From positions 1 to 42,973 of the forward strand of contig CAZVGK010000029.1 in the NCBI GenBank assembly GCA_964626665.1: a stretch of DNA of 42,973 nucleotides, in the 5' to 3' direction. The translations under genes were made by a program, and so were the position numbers. Each line of letters opens with the position of its first letter. The stretch's first letter is position 1. This document shows positions 8,749 through 17,764 of this stretch, in pieces. The notes below the pieces were generated by a model. The model saw only the letters and a program-made list of their open reading frames with translations, was not told the DNA's origin and did no database searches. The DNA comes from an uncultured Gemmatimonadota bacterium (GTDB lineage: Bacteria > SM23-81 > DAOVCL01).

Positions 8749-9618
8749 ATGGGCCGAAGCCAGGCAAAGAATATGTATGTCTCATTGGTCTGGTTTTTCC
8801 TGAAAACATTCCTCCTTAACCCGCTAAACAATCCCATTTTTGTGATAATTCTCATTTTTCTCATCTTCTTCTCTCTGGAAGGAACCCTAAACAAATATCA
8901 TATTGCCCTGATGCTCTATCTCGTCCTGTTGGGCCACTATTTCATCGGAAATATGTTTAAGGATTCGGGGAGTGCTGCAGAGGAGACCTCGAGAGTGCCG
9001 ATTATGAGGTATTTTCAGGCCCTGCCTATCTCCGGTCGGAGGGTATTTTCTTCCTATCTTTTTTCCTCTATCATCTATATTTTGTCGATCAGCGTTCTGC
9101 TTGGCTTCCTGCTGATGGAATTCCTAAGATTGCCGCATTTACAAAACATACAGTTCATTAAATCCGTGACCTCCGATGGCGACACCGTCACCACCCTGAC
9201 CGGATTTGGGCTTACCCAACGGGGGATACCCCAACTTGTCTCTATTGATTTGAAAAAGTCACTTCTATTCGATCCGATTTCTCATATCCACGGAGGGTAT
9301 ATTTGGCTCTCGCTCTGTTATGTCTTGGCTTTTGTCTACATCTCCATCTTTCATATTTTTAAGCAGTTTAATCCAAAATCTCACTTCCATTTGGTTGCGC
9401 TTTTTCATAAACTGCCTTTGGGGATATACCTTTTCCTGGGATTGGCCTTTGCTACTGAGCTGATCCTCTCCCAGAAGGAAATTGGTGTTTGCACCCACTT
9501 CATAATGCGGCATTTAGACCTTATGATGTTGTTACTCCTTCTCGCTATAATTGCCACATTCGTTTCCATTCTCCTGATGTCTAGATTCATCTTGAACAAG
9601 CTGAAGGTTGTTGATTGA
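8749..9618 (+). CDS. Multi-pass membrane protein, probable ABC-2 permease
   Basis: About 6 hydrophobic segments; YFQALPISGRR motif; follows ATPase by 3 nt. Confidence 0.7.
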   Translation: MGRSQAKNMYVSLVWFFLKTFLLNPLNNPIFVIILIFLIFFSLEGTLNKYHIALMLYLVLLGHYFIGNMFKDSGSAAEETSRVPIMRYFQALPISGRRVFSSYLFSSIIYILSISVLLGFLLMEFLRLPHLQNIQFIKSVTSDGDTVTTLTGFGLTQRGIPQLVSIDLKKSLLFDPISHIHGGYIWLSLCYVLAFVYISIFHIFKQFNPKSHFHLVALFHKLPLGIYLFLGLAFATELILSQKEIGVCTHFIMRHLDLMMLLLLLAIIATFVSILLMSRFILNKLKVVD

Positions 9619-10259
9619 TGGCTCCGTGGTTGGGCAAATATCCTCGGTTCCTTACCCTCCACACCAGGTTGTTTTTGCAGGATTTCAAGCTCGACGGGGG
9701 GATGATCTTAGTCGGTTTGGTGTATGTATTTGGTGCACGGTCAGAGTTCAATTTGACGGTGAGCAAGGGATTATTCCTGCTTGTTGGTTTCCTCTTTGCC
9801 GCCTTGATGGAAACGCAAATAATTAAAGCCAACGCCGCCCAGCTTCCATTTTATCTTAGATTACCCATTGACCGTAAGAGAGGGCTGGCACTGTTCTACC
9901 TTGGCTTAACCTTTCCCCTCCTTGTTGCCTTTACGGGGATTTTTCTCCTGCTGAGGTTACTGTATCTCCACCTGGGTTTATCATTGGGATCCTCTATTTT
10001 AACCCAACATTTTTTTCAGGCGATCTTTGCTTTCCTTTTCATTAAATCGCTGACCGTCAATTGTATGATAGCAATGAGCATTCACTTTGGTTTGATTGCT
10101 GTCTATTTTGTTAGCCTGATTGGCGTTATTTTTCTGCTCTCTATCTTGCAAGAGCTTTTTACGTCACTTTTCGTTATGAGCAACCTCACCTTAGGGTTGC
10201 TTTTTACGCTTGCCACTTACCTGATCAGCTTTATCGCCGTAAGGAGGGTGAGGCTGTAA
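9615..10259 (+). CDS. Multi-pass membrane protein, probable second ABC-2 permease
   Basis: Highly hydrophobic; FYLRLPIDRK motif parallels previous gene; overlapping start/stop. Confidence 0.7.
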   Translation: MMAPWLGKYPRFLTLHTRLFLQDFKLDGGMILVGLVYVFGARSEFNLTVSKGLFLLVGFLFAALMETQIIKANAAQLPFYLRLPIDRKRGLALFYLGLTFPLLVAFTGIFLLLRLLYLHLGLSLGSSILTQHFFQAIFAFLFIKSLTVNCMIAMSIHFGLIAVYFVSLIGVIFLLSILQELFTSLFVMSNLTLGLLFTLATYLISFIAVRRVRL

Positions 10260-10385
10260 GCAATTGGCCCCTCCAGGGGTGGAACTCCGCCGGCAGATCT
10301 GCCCAGTTGAAAAGGGCAGGGGATGGTTAATTTTAATGTAACAATTTAAATTTGAATTGTTATTGTGGTGTGAGTTGGGAAATGG

Positions 10386-11387
10386 TTATCTGTGGAACCC
10401 CGAATAGCAAAGAGAAAGGTTTCGGCCTGAATTCTTGGCCTTGTAGAGGGAAAGATCGGCCTTGTAGATGAGCTCCTCCACCGTCTTGGCCTCATCGGGG
10501 AGGGTCACCCCGCCAACGCTGGCTGTCAGTTTCCCCTTGGGCTGAATCTTCTCCCCAGGAAAGGGATATTCCTCTATGTTGCTTCTTACTTTTTCCATTA
10601 GCTCCTGACAGATCTTTCTATTTGCCTCAGGCATAATGAAGACAAACTCCTCGCCTCCATAGCGGAAGGGAATATCCACCTCGCGTAGGGAACTCCTCAT
10701 TATGGCGGACACCTGTCTTAAGACAAGATCTCCCTTCTTCTCCCCTAAACTCTGGTTATAGAGATCGAAGCTATCCAGATCAAGGATGGCCAGGGAGAGA
10801 TATCTGCCAAACCTCTTGGCCCGTAGGGTCTCTTCCTTGAGCCTCAGGGAAAACGAGCGGTAGTTGTAGAGGCCGGTAAGCTCATCGATATGGGAGATTT
10901 CCTCCAGTTTTTTCCCCTGGTCAATGTTGGAGATGGCCACTGAGATCATATTGGAGAGGATAGTAAGCATCTCCAGGTCTTTGGGGGTGAATTCTCCCTG
11001 TATTTTCCCTCCCACGGCCAATATACCTGAAAGTTTCCCTTTGGGCCCAATAGGGACAAGCACCCTGTAGCTTTTCCCCTGCAGGGGCAGAGGTCCACCC
11101 TGTTGCAGGAGATCGCCAACCAGGGAATCTCCTTCCCTGATGATCCACTCTCTTCCCTCGCGGGCTCCCTTTACATACTTGGCCTGAAACCCACCATTCT
11201 CCTGGGGAAGGAGGACTGCTGCGCTCCTACATCCCAACTGACCTAATATGGTCAGAAGGAAGGAGTTCAGAAGTTCTTCCAAATCCTTGAGAAGCTTAAT
11301 GCTGCCACTTAAAAGATAGAGGTCGTAGAGGCGGTAGGCCTCCCTTTTTAGTTCCCTATCCTTTGGCTTGACCCGTGAGCTTCTCAT
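10386..11387 (-). CDS. GAF-GGDEF diguanylate cyclase
   Basis: DELTGLYNYR, RxxD I-site (REVD), RYGGEEF, ADLSLYKAKNSGRN; N-terminal GAF-like region. Confidence 0.9.
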   Translation of the reverse strand: MRSSRVKPKDRELKREAYRLYDLYLLSGSIKLLKDLEELLNSFLLTILGQLGCRSAAVLLPQENGGFQAKYVKGAREGREWIIREGDSLVGDLLQQGGPLPLQGKSYRVLVPIGPKGKLSGILAVGGKIQGEFTPKDLEMLTILSNMISVAISNIDQGKKLEEISHIDELTGLYNYRSFSLRLKEETLRAKRFGRYLSLAILDLDSFDLYNQSLGEKKGDLVLRQVSAIMRSSLREVDIPFRYGGEEFVFIMPEANRKICQELMEKVRSNIEEYPFPGEKIQPKGKLTASVGGVTLPDEAKTVEELIYKADLSLYKAKNSGRNLSLCYSGFHR

Positions 11388-12061
11388 TAGCCTTTGTATC
11401 TCTGGATAAACCTTTCCTTGCGGCTAAACCTTAAGCGGCTTTTTTTGCTCTTCAACCCCTTTTCCTTCAAAATCCTTCTGGTCCCCCACCATCCCAAGGA
11501 TCTACTCTCATCCAACTCCTTGACCTCCTTTCTGATGCTGGATATGCTCAGAAGGGGGTTTTCCCTGACTACCTGGAGAATGATTTCTTCATCGCTCATC
11601 TCCTTTATTTCCTTAATCTTGGCCTCTTCCTTGACCGATGCCTCTGCTCTCTTTTTTTCAAATTCCTCCTTGATCTCCTCTGCCTCCTCCACTTTGAAGC
11701 TTGGCTCCACCCCAAAGTCCTTTTTCGCTTCCTCTAAACCGTCATAAGCCTTGAGAATGGTGTCAAACTCCAAGAGCTCGAAGACCTCATAAACCTCAGG
11801 TATCATCCTTACCAGCTTGATGTCCCCCTTGTTTAATCTTATCTCCCTTATGTTGGAGATGAAGATCCCCCAACCAGCGCTGCTGATATACTCCACTCCG
11901 GCCAGATCGACTATTATCTGGTGCCTCTTCTGTTCTACCAGGGAATTCATTACCTTCTCCAACTCGGTGGATGTGGTGGTGTCTATCACGCCATCTACCC
12001 TAACTATGGAGACTTCGTTGTTAGGTCCCTCCGCATTTAAAGAAATCCTGATATCTTCCAT
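11387..12061 (-). CDS. STAS anti-sigma-factor antagonist with C-terminal helical (HTH-like) extension
   Basis: IIVDLAGVEYISSAGWG phospho-Ser motif; charged linker; C-terminal ILQVVRENP...RLRF domain; GAGG RBS. Confidence 0.88.
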   Translation of the reverse strand: MEDIRISLNAEGPNNEVSIVRVDGVIDTTTSTELEKVMNSLVEQKRHQIIVDLAGVEYISSAGWGIFISNIREIRLNKGDIKLVRMIPEVYEVFELLEFDTILKAYDGLEEAKKDFGVEPSFKVEEAEEIKEEFEKKRAEASVKEEAKIKEIKEMSDEEIILQVVRENPLLSISSIRKEVKELDESRSLGWWGTRRILKEKGLKSKKSRLRFSRKERFIQRYKG

Positions 12062-12127
12062 CCTTACCTCCGCGGTTTAGGTTTGCTCGTAAAAATTTTT
12101 AAGGGGCAACTTATAATTGTTAAACTG

Positions 12128-12418
12128 TTATGTCTGTTTTTTCACTGGAAAATCAGCAACATAGAGGTTGTTGATGGCAAAGCTGAGTATCTCCGCTTTG
12201 CTATACTCCCCGTAGCCATTATTTCTCAAGCCCTCCTGAAGTTTCCTGATCCTCTCCACATCCTTCCTTTTCAAAAGGACCGTAACCTTCATCCATTCCC
12301 CCTTTCCGGGCTCAGGGTCGAAATCTGACTCCTTTCCCAAGGAGAGAAGCCTTCCCAAACTCTCCTTCTCCCCTTCCTGGGAGAAGATGTCAGTCCCCAC
12401 CCTTTTCTTCCCAGCCAT
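12128..12418 (-). CDS. Small ParA partner protein, probable C-terminal ribbon-helix-helix
   Basis: Overlaps parA 3' end; basic N-terminal peptide; KVTVLL...SKAEILSFAI RHH-like pattern. Confidence 0.6.
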   Translation of the reverse strand: MAGKKRVGTDIFSQEGEKESLGRLLSLGKESDFDPEPGKGEWMKVTVLLKRKDVERIRKLQEGLRNNGYGEYSKAEILSFAINNLYVADFPVKKQT

Positions 12419-13148
12419 AGTTAAACACCTCCTCGGTTAATAGGTAATAGTCCTGAGAGCCATAGGAATAAGGGGCGTATTCGAAAATGACCTTGTGGAA
12501 TCCAGGGGCCTCCTTGAGGGATGTATTTGATCTTATTACCGTATTAAACACCTTTTTCTTAAAGTGTCGCCTTATAGTTTGTAAGACCTCATAGGAGACT
12601 TTGGTCCTGGAATCAAAAAAGGTGGCTAAGATGCCCAATATCCGCAATTGATGGCTTAACCTCTCGTTCACTTCCTCTACAGTTTCTATTGTCTTTTTTA
12701 ACCCAACCATCCCTAAGAAGTCCATACTCACCGGGATGATGGCATAGTCTGCATAGGTGAGGGCGTTTATGCTGATCAGGCTCGTAGAGGGCGGGCAGTC
12801 GCAAATAACCCAGTCTGAGCCCTTCAGGGTGGAGAGCACCTGTCTCAGCCTGAGCTCTCCCTCCTTCCTTTGGGCGAGCAAGGCCTCGGTTTCGGCCAAT
12901 CTTCTCCCCCCGGAGTCGATGAAAAAGAGGTTTTTCCTTACCTGGAGAATGTCAACCTTTCCCCTGAGGAGGAGATCGGGCAGGGTTTGGCTTCCATAGG
13001 TATCAAAGATGGTGGCCAGGTTTCTCTGTGGATCACAATCTATAAGCAGAACCCTCTGGCCAAACATCGCCAATCCATAACTTAAATTGATAGCAGTGGT
13101 GGTCTTTCCTGTTCCTCCCTTAGAGGTGACGACGGCGATTTTCCTCAT
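12390..13148 (-). CDS. parA: ParA/Soj-family ATPase
   Basis: Deviant Walker A KGGTGKTT, LIDCDPQ, DCPPS, C-terminal IRSNTSLKEAP. Confidence 0.92.
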   Translation of the reverse strand: MRKIAVVTSKGGTGKTTTAINLSYGLAMFGQRVLLIDCDPQRNLATIFDTYGSQTLPDLLLRGKVDILQVRKNLFFIDSGGRRLAETEALLAQRKEGELRLRQVLSTLKGSDWVICDCPPSTSLISINALTYADYAIIPVSMDFLGMVGLKKTIETVEEVNERLSHQLRILGILATFFDSRTKVSYEVLQTIRRHFKKKVFNTVIRSNTSLKEAPGFHKVIFEYAPYSYGSQDYYLLTEEVFNYGWEEKGGD

Positions 13149-15925
13149 CTATTCTGTTTGATCTTTCTCTTGAGCCTCTGGGCATATTTAGACCAATCTC
13201 TCTCCTCGGGAGGGGGGTCCTTTGATCCAATCACCCTTAGACTGCCCACCTCCTCTTGCCAATCTCCTTCCAATAAATCCTCTGCCAGCTCTTCCTGCCA
13301 GCTATCCTTTGGTTCACCCTTTTGCTCCTTCTCCTTCCGCTGGAGGAGTTTTCCCTTCAGCTCGTCAACCAGCTTTTTGGCCTTCTCTGGCGGGGCCACT
13401 TTCTTGAGCTCCTCCAAGATGGAGCCATATATCTCAATATCCTCTTGGCTTAGTCTGGCCTCTTCCTTTGCTTGGGAGCTGACCTCTATCGGGGAAACCT
13501 TGACCTCCTCTTCGGGAATTGCTTCAGGCAACCTCTGTTGCCTCTCCTTCTCCTTTTCCAGCTCCCTCTTCAGCCTCTCATCCAAGAATCCCTTGGTTCG
13601 TTTCACAAATTCCAACCTCTTCAGCTTTGTATTTAGTCGGGAGCTCCTTAATTCCTGGTAGATCCTGACCACATCCAAATTGGTAAAGCCGTACTTCTCA
13701 GTATTTAACTCCTGAGCAATCCTCTTTGCCCCAAAATTGGGATGTTCCCTTATTACATCTAAGATCTTGTTCCTGTCCTCTAAGCTTACCCTCTTGATCA
13801 CTTCAGCCGAACGGGAGACCTTGTCCAGAAGTCCGGACTCACCAAACTCGTCCATTCTTTTTTTGTATCTGTAATAGGTAGAAGGAGAAACATTGCTCTT
13901 CTCACAGGCAACTTTAACTGGAACCCCAGACTCTACCATCTCCATTAATCTCTTCCTCTCCTTCAGCAGGATGGTATCGGCCATCTCCTTTTCCTTAATG
14001 ACCACCAAGGTAATATCGTCATTCTGGGGTGCGTTTCCGGTAAAATTGGCCAGTGACTCGTCCAGCTTCTCCACAAAGTTCTGGGGAGAATGGTAACCGT
14101 ATTCCCTGATTAGGTTCAAGAACCTCTCCTCGCCGAACTGCTCCTTCTTCCTGTTCATCGCCTCGGTTATCCCATCGGTATAGACAACCAGCATATCGTC
14201 CCTCTTTAGCTTAATGTTCTCCTTCCTAATTGTCTTCTCGAATGAGTCCTCTTCCATAAGGTTGAGGCCAACAGGTATCCCCTTGGGATTCAAAAAATAG
14301 GTATTTTTCGTCTCCCCCCGATAGAGGATCATTGGGTTATGGCCAGCGCTGGCAAAGTTTATCACCCTCCGTTTGGAATCCAAGATGATATAAAAGATGG
14401 TGACGAACATCCCCTTTTTCACATCATCGGAGACGAAGTTGTTCACCTTGGCTAAAACATCAGCGGCGGACTTGTTCCCCCTGGCCTCCAGCCTTAAGGC
14501 AGTGCGGATCATAGTCATCACCAGGGATCCAGGGACACCCTTGCCGGAGACATCGGCCACCACTATTCCTAAGGTATCTTCATCCACCCAGACGAAGTCA
14601 AAATAATCTCCTCCCACCTCCTTTGCCGCCCGGTAGATGGTGCTGATTTCATAGCCCTCCACTTGAGGAAATTTTGATGGTAAAAGGGTGTGCTGGATCT
14701 CCTGGGCTACCTGCATCTCCTTCTGTAGCCTCTCCTGCTCCAGGACATTCTTCTGTGCCTGCTTGAACTTGAGGGTAATCTCATTGAAGGCTCTGGCTAT
14801 CTCCCCAAACTCATCATTGCTCTCCACGGCTATCCTGGAGTCCAGATCACCATCTCCTATCTCCAAAACCCCCTTGGTAAGCTTCTGAATGGGTTTAACG
14901 AAGAAGTTAGACAGCAGATAAATGGCTACAAACCCTACTATCAATCCTAAGATGGCTATGAGGAAGAGCCCCTTTCTGGCCTCGGCTACCCGGTAGGTGA
15001 TGGCCTCTTGGGGAAGGCCCACATGGATCGCTCCGATCACTTTCCCCTTTAGCTTTATGGGTTGGGCGAGGTCATAGACCGCTCTCCCCTGCTGATCGGT
15101 AAAAAGCTGTGGATCCCCATATCTCTTTGGTTTCACCCCAGGAGGGGGTGTGTGTTTGGTCATTATCTTCCGCACATCGGTATGGGCCCAGATTGTGCCC
15201 TGGTCATCAAGGATCAGGGCATAGACCAGATTTGAACCTCTCCCCACTTTCCCCTTGACTAAGTTAGCCATATCTAAGTCGTAGCCTAAGATCAATAGAT
15301 CTGCGCTGTTTGAGGCCAGATTCCTACATACCCCAAGAGCATCCTGAAAGAGCTTCTGCCGCAAGGAGGTGGCCACCTGGCGGCTAAAGTAGGAATAGAC
15401 TCCAGCCACGATAAGGAACATAACCAGGGAACCCCAGAGGCCAAATTTCACCCTGATGCTCATCCCCCTTCTCTTCCCCTTTAGCCTCTTGGGTTTCTCG
15501 ATATATTTTACCATCTTCAGCTCATTCCCATCCTCGGTGGATTTATATCCCACCTCACTCATTATCTTGCGGATGAGGAAGATGCCCAGTCCCCCCTTCC
15601 TGCCCGTCTTTATATACCTCTGCAGATCAGGAGGGGTATCCAGCTTATCAAAGTCGAAACTGCGTCCTTTATCGATCACCGAAAAGGAGATATCTGTGGG
15701 CTTTATCACCACCTTCAGGCCAATATCGCCTTTGGCATAATGATAGGCATGCCGGATCACATTGGTGCAGGCCTCCTCCACGGCCAGTTGGATTCCGGTG
15801 ATCTCCTTTTGAGGCAGAGGGGTCTCCTCCTTACAGACCTTGCCCACATAGCGGCGGATCTCCTCCAACTTCTCCTCCACCGCCGGAAATGTGATGAATA
15901 TCTCCCTTGTCGGCTTCTTGCCCAT
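13145..15925 (-). CDS. RsbW-like kinase / TM sensor / HAMP / SpoIIE-type PP2C phosphatase / HTH fusion (926 aa)
   Basis: EEACTNVIRHAY, DKG, GGLGIFLI (HATPase); two TMs; HAMP; GGDYFD, ADVSGKG, YTDGITE, DDIT (PP2C); VSPSTYYRY HTH. Confidence 0.9.
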   Translation of the reverse strand: MGKKPTREIFITFPAVEEKLEEIRRYVGKVCKEETPLPQKEITGIQLAVEEACTNVIRHAYHYAKGDIGLKVVIKPTDISFSVIDKGRSFDFDKLDTPPDLQRYIKTGRKGGLGIFLIRKIMSEVGYKSTEDGNELKMVKYIEKPKRLKGKRRGMSIRVKFGLWGSLVMFLIVAGVYSYFSRQVATSLRQKLFQDALGVCRNLASNSADLLILGYDLDMANLVKGKVGRGSNLVYALILDDQGTIWAHTDVRKIMTKHTPPPGVKPKRYGDPQLFTDQQGRAVYDLAQPIKLKGKVIGAIHVGLPQEAITYRVAEARKGLFLIAILGLIVGFVAIYLLSNFFVKPIQKLTKGVLEIGDGDLDSRIAVESNDEFGEIARAFNEITLKFKQAQKNVLEQERLQKEMQVAQEIQHTLLPSKFPQVEGYEISTIYRAAKEVGGDYFDFVWVDEDTLGIVVADVSGKGVPGSLVMTMIRTALRLEARGNKSAADVLAKVNNFVSDDVKKGMFVTIFYIILDSKRRVINFASAGHNPMILYRGETKNTYFLNPKGIPVGLNLMEEDSFEKTIRKENIKLKRDDMLVVYTDGITEAMNRKKEQFGEERFLNLIREYGYHSPQNFVEKLDESLANFTGNAPQNDDITLVVIKEKEMADTILLKERKRLMEMVESGVPVKVACEKSNVSPSTYYRYKKRMDEFGESGLLDKVSRSAEVIKRVSLEDRNKILDVIREHPNFGAKRIAQELNTEKYGFTNLDVVRIYQELRSSRLNTKLKRLEFVKRTKGFLDERLKRELEKEKERQQRLPEAIPEEEVKVSPIEVSSQAKEEARLSQEDIEIYGSILEELKKVAPPEKAKKLVDELKGKLLQRKEKEQKGEPKDSWQEELAEDLLEGDWQEEVGSLRVIGSKDPPPEERDWSKYAQRLKRKIKQNR

Positions 15926-17746
15926 TTATTTCTCCATCCCCTTGAGCCTCACCCTGGCCTCCTCTATATTCCTTAAGGTGTTCTCATTGTTGGGGTAGTA
16001 CTCCAAAACCTTCTCCCAGAGCTTAATGGCCTCCCGATAGTTTCCCTTCTGATACTGGGAAAGTCCATCCAGGTAGAGATTCCATATGGTCGGGTCTTTC
16101 CTCAGTTCGGCGAGGGAAGTTGGCTTGGCCGATTTGCTTATTGCCTTTTGCAGGTAATCTTTGGCCATTTGGTTCCCGGGATCGATCTTCAGGATGGAGT
16201 TGAACTCTAAGATGGCTCCCTTATACTCTCCAGCTTCAAATTTCTCCACCCCCTTGCGGGTATATTCTGAGACCTGCACCCTCTGAGAGGCCAGCTGCAA
16301 GCCTTTCTCTGCCTCTGGGTCACCGGGGAGATAATCCAAAAGGCGGTTATATTCCTCAATTGCCCCCACAAAGTTCTCTAAGGTCATATCCTCCTTAGCC
16401 CTTCTTCGAATGGTCCCTATTTCATCCTGGAGGAGTTTTCTGAGGCTCCCCAGTTGTCTTTTCGCCTCCTCGTTTTGGGGATCGAGTTTTAGTATCCTCT
16501 CAAACTCCTCAATGGCCAGGTTATACTTGCTTCTCTTTCTATACTCTAAACCGGATTTTATATGGGCTTCAATCAAGGTCCTGCTCTTCTCGGCGGCGAT
16601 GTTGGCCACCAACCTCTTATTTATCTCCTGGGTGATGGATTCAATCTTGGCCTGGGCATCTGAGTTCTGGGCATCCCAGGCCAGGACCCTCTGATACTCG
16701 GCCAAGGCTCCGGAGAGATCCCCTTTGCGGTATAACTCTCCACCCTTCTCCGAGTGGAACTTCATCCTCTCCCTCCTGCGGGCTTCGGCCATTCTCCTTT
16801 CCTCCTCCTGTCTTTTCTTCTCCTCGGCGATTCTCCTCTGCTGTAAGGTGGAGCCAAACCTGGTGGTCAGGGAGAGCCTGTGGGTGAGGCCCAGGTCCTG
16901 GTATGACCTGAGGGCATAGTCGAGTTGAAAGCGACGATAGCGCATCCCCCCTCCAAAGGCAATGCGCCCTTCGTCCCAACCTGATCTGAGGCAAAAACCA
17001 TCCCGCGGCTCGAATTGGAAGCCCAGATGGAACTTGGGGGAACAGCCCTTAAGCTTGTCTAAATCGATGGCCAGGGTGCCCCATCTCCTTGCTCCTTTAA
17101 CCAGGGCATAGCTCAGGCCGAGCTTCAGGTTAGGGGGGGTTATATCCGTGCTCTCCTTGAGCTTAAGGGCAGCCCCACCGATGTCCTGCAGATTGAGCCC
17201 TATATTTAAACCTTCCCTGAGGGGACGGAGGAATCCCAGATCGAAGCTAAAGCCTGAGGCCGAGTAGGGGCCTAGCCTATGGGTGAGGAACTTAAAGCTC
17301 AATCCCCCCTTGAAGGAGAGAGGCAGGGAGGTTCCCCAGGAGAGGAGATATTCGGCCTGAACATTCTCCCAATAGTCTAAGATCTGAGGGCTATCCGTGG
17401 TATGGGGGATGTCTCCGGTGGAGATCCAGAGCCCTCCCAGGCCGAAGTTTCCCCATTTGAGGGTGGGATATGCATATCCGATGAAGTTATAGCTTGTCCC
17501 CGCAAAGAGGAAGCAACGCAGGGCAGTGACCTCCTGCTGTCCTAAGTTCTGCAGGCCAGCAGGGTTCCAGTAGATACTGCTGGCATCATCACTTATGGCC
17601 ACAAAGGCTCTACCCATGCCCATTGCCCTGGCCCCGGCCCCAAAGTGGAATATGCTCTCCACTCCCCCTTCTTCGTCGGCAAAGGAAAGAGGGGAAAGCC
17701 CAATCCAGAGGACAAACCAATATAAGATTGTTCTTTTTAAGCTCAT
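15926..17746 (-). CDS. PorV/PorQ-like outer-membrane barrel fused to C-terminal TPR domain
   Basis: Signal peptide from ATG 17746; GARAMGMGRAFVAISDDASSIYWNPAGL; barrel ends DYA...LGLTHRLSL; coiled coil then TPRs. Confidence 0.82.
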   Translation of the reverse strand: MSLKRTILYWFVLWIGLSPLSFADEEGGVESIFHFGAGARAMGMGRAFVAISDDASSIYWNPAGLQNLGQQEVTALRCFLFAGTSYNFIGYAYPTLKWGNFGLGGLWISTGDIPHTTDSPQILDYWENVQAEYLLSWGTSLPLSFKGGLSFKFLTHRLGPYSASGFSFDLGFLRPLREGLNIGLNLQDIGGAALKLKESTDITPPNLKLGLSYALVKGARRWGTLAIDLDKLKGCSPKFHLGFQFEPRDGFCLRSGWDEGRIAFGGGMRYRRFQLDYALRSYQDLGLTHRLSLTTRFGSTLQQRRIAEEKKRQEEERRMAEARRRERMKFHSEKGGELYRKGDLSGALAEYQRVLAWDAQNSDAQAKIESITQEINKRLVANIAAEKSRTLIEAHIKSGLEYRKRSKYNLAIEEFERILKLDPQNEEAKRQLGSLRKLLQDEIGTIRRRAKEDMTLENFVGAIEEYNRLLDYLPGDPEAEKGLQLASQRVQVSEYTRKGVEKFEAGEYKGAILEFNSILKIDPGNQMAKDYLQKAISKSAKPTSLAELRKDPTIWNLYLDGLSQYQKGNYREAIKLWEKVLEYYPNNENTLRNIEEARVRLKGMEK

Positions 17747-17764
17747 CTGTTTGAATAAAGCTTT

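Noticed and set aside
13145-13965. Intact IS481 insertion in the phosphatase gene
   Set aside because: No DDE domain, terminal repeats or frame disruption
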